Source: a bacterium
GTDB taxonomy: Bacteria > SM23-31
NCBI GenBank assembly: GCA_965249485.1
Contig: OZ252239.1
Coordinates: forward strand, 1,984,001-2,048,000
Direction of reading: 5' to 3'
Length of the DNA stretch: 64,000 nt
Shown: in pieces, positions 62,097-64,000 of the stretch
Layout: each line of letters starts with the position of its first letter
How positions within the stretch are numbered: position 1 is the first letter of the stretch
Made by a program: the position numbers and the translations under genes
Notes under the pieces: model-generated
What the model saw: only the letters and a program-made list of their open reading frames with translations
Database searches by the model: none
What the model was told of the DNA's origin: nothing

Positions 62097-63076
62097 AGGA
62101 TAAGAAAACTGTGAAATCGTCACTTGATACCGGAAGAGAAGTCATCAGAATAGAAGCAAAAGCGCTCTCCGCTCTTATCGATAAAATAGACGAGAAGTTC
62201 GATGAAGCTGTTGAGTTGCTTTATAACTGCACGGGCAGAGTAGTAGTGTCTGGCGTGGGGAAATCAGGTGTTATTGGAATGAAAATTTCGTCAACATTGT
62301 GCAGTACCGGAACGCCCGCGGTGTTTTTACATGCTTCCGACGGCCTTCATGGCGATTTAGGTATTGTAACAAAAAACGATGTAATGATCTGGATATCGAA
62401 AAGTGGAAATTCAGAAGAATTTAAATCAACATATCCGCTTTTGGATCGTATCGGAGTCCCAATTATTGCAATAACCGGCAATATGAATTCACATCTTGAA
62501 AAATATAGCAGTGTTGCACTTGATGTTACAATTACCGAAGAGGCATGTCCCAATAATCTTGCGCCGACTGCTAGTACAACAGCCACTCTTGCAATGGGAG
62601 ATGCGCTTGCGATAGCAGTACTCAAAAAACGCAATTTTACAAAGGAAGACTTTGCCTATCTACATCCTGGAGGGTCGCTCGGTAAACAGCTTCTGCTCAA
62701 AGTTGATGATATCATGCAGACTGGAGATCTCGTTCCCATAATTAAGCAAAATGCATCGTTTCACGATATCGTTCTGGAAATGAATTCAAAAAGATTCGGT
62801 AGCACCTGCGTTGTCAATGATGACAGAAGCCTCGCAGGTATAGTCACAGACGGCGATTTAAAACGATTAATTCAGGACAGGCAGGATTTGGATACGATTA
62901 CTGCTGTTCAGGTAATGAATAAAAGTCCAAAGACAGTTACAACCGGCATGCTTGCTGCAATGGCAATGCATATAATGAAAACACATGACATTATGCAGAT
63001 AATTGTCATTGACGAAAAGAGTAGCCCGGTCGGTATGATCCATCTTCACCATTTATTAGATGTCGGAATTTCATAA
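62093..63076 (+). CDS. kdsD: Arabinose 5-phosphate isomerase (SIS + CBS)
   Basis: GVGKSG, HGDLG, EACPNNLAPTAST, HPGGSLG, CBS pair. Confidence 0.95.
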   Translation: MKDKKTVKSSLDTGREVIRIEAKALSALIDKIDEKFDEAVELLYNCTGRVVVSGVGKSGVIGMKISSTLCSTGTPAVFLHASDGLHGDLGIVTKNDVMIWISKSGNSEEFKSTYPLLDRIGVPIIAITGNMNSHLEKYSSVALDVTITEEACPNNLAPTASTTATLAMGDALAIAVLKKRNFTKEDFAYLHPGGSLGKQLLLKVDDIMQTGDLVPIIKQNASFHDIVLEMNSKRFGSTCVVNDDRSLAGIVTDGDLKRLIQDRQDLDTITAVQVMNKSPKTVTTGMLAAMAMHIMKTHDIMQIIVIDEKSSPVGMIHLHHLLDVGIS

Positions 63077-63090
63077 GGGTTATTAGTACG

Positions 63091-63642
63091 ATAAGTACTA
63101 CAATAAAAATTATTTTCGTCGGTATTTGTTTCCTGGTTATTTTTAGATGTTCCAATACAACTGAAAACGTTAATCAGGAACAGCAAAAAGCAGAAGAAAA
63201 ACCCGATCATGAGTCATGGCCGTTTAGTTTGACGATGACGTCGAATGGAACAAAAATGAGTGAAGTCAGATCGGGATATATGGCGCATTTCGCATCGAGA
63301 GATGCTTACGATTTGTCCGACTCGGTTATTATCGATTTTTATGATGAATTGGGAAACCATTCATCAAAGTTGACGTCTGATTTTTCAACAGTCAGTCAAC
63401 CAAACAATATAATGGTAGCATATGACAATGTTGTCGTTGTTTCCGATTCGGGTGTGACTCTTATAACGGAAGAGCTGAATTGGGATAATAAGCTGCACAT
63501 CGTTTTCACGGATAAATTCGTTACGTTTGTCACAGAAACCGATACACTTTTTGGACATGGTTTTGAGTCCGACCGTTCTTTGAAAAATTATAAGATCCAT
63601 AATCCGACAGGCATTTCACATAGAAACGTCGGTGACAAATAA
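63091..63642 (+). CDS. lptC: LPS export protein LptC (start uncertain)
   Basis: PDHESW, IDFYD, NVVVVS, LITEELNWD, TDKFV, GHGFESD; position after kdsD; frame open upstream of 63229 with a hydrophobic N-terminus. Confidence 0.85.
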   Translation: MSTTIKIIFVGICFLVIFRCSNTTENVNQEQQKAEEKPDHESWPFSLTMTSNGTKMSEVRSGYMAHFASRDAYDLSDSVIIDFYDELGNHSSKLTSDFSTVSQPNNIMVAYDNVVVVSDSGVTLITEELNWDNKLHIVFTDKFVTFVTETDTLFGHGFESDRSLKNYKIHNPTGISHRNVGDK

Positions 63643-64000
63643 ATGATTAATAAATCATGGTTCATATTAGCAGCAGGATTGATTCTTGCCGTCTTTAGCG
63701 GACCGTTGCTGGGTCAGGACCAGAAGGACCGGATACTCTTAAAAAAAGCCGATGAGATGACCGGGCAAACAATCGATGGACGAAATGCAACGCTGGTTAT
63801 TGGGTCTGTCCACTTTTTTGTCCCTGAACGGAATTTGGATATTTTCTGCGACACCACTTTTATTTTCAGAGAAACGTCGACCTATATTCTTTCAGGGAAT
63901 GTGCAGTTAATCGATACAGTACGGGTACTGCAATCAGATAAAGTTCACTTTGACATGATAACGGAGATTGCATTTAGCCCTGGGCCGTTTCTCTATACTG
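63643..64000 (+). CDS. OstA/LptA-like beta-jellyroll protein (3'-truncated)
   Basis: Signal peptide MINKSWFILAAG...; KADEM, GSVHF, IFCD, SGNVQLID; follows lptC. Confidence 0.75.
   Translation, partial: MINKSWFILAAGLILAVFSGPLLGQDQKDRILLKKADEMTGQTIDGRNATLVIGSVHFFVPERNLDIFCDTTFIFRETSTYILSGNVQLIDTVRVLQSDKVHFDMITEIAFSPGPFLYT

Noticed and set aside
57754..63642. gatC without gatAB and pyrG inside the Kdo operon
   Set aside because: Both arrangements are common in bacteria; not novel

Overview
Bacterial chromosomal window from an AT-rich diderm (Kdo/LPS, TonB-dependent receptors, many lipoproteins). It is consistent with an FCB-related lineage, but the taxon cannot be fixed from sequence alone. 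The left part (1-19 kb) holds oxidoreductases, an ABC exporter, three tandem M28 peptidases (the middle one frameshifted), a lipoprotein serpin, a Ni transporter preceded by a candidate structured RNA, two plug-domain-like lipoproteins and a DUF5916 protein. The middle (19.9-34.9 kb) is a mosaic accessory region ending at tRNA-Lys(CTT). It contains an integron-type cassette with an attC site, several secreted metallohydrolases with altered metal ligands, an AT-rich block of paralogous membrane-anchored ORFs, a dead excisionase and a degenerate copy of the tRNA 3' end. At 35.6-42.7 kb lies the most unusual locus: CRP-type boxes, a secreted duplicated-domain/PPGG-repeat protein, an NTT(TLC)-HEAT fusion, a stand-alone cNMP-binding protein and an orphan secretin with three lesions. 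A cobalamin-riboswitch operon follows (btuB, two DUF71 PP-loop paralogs, an ECF S component). The window ends in housekeeping genes (trkAH, RNase HI, gatC, kdsB-pyrG-kdsA-kdsC-kdsD-lptC-lptA-like). No CRISPR array, rRNA, integrase or transposase was seen.
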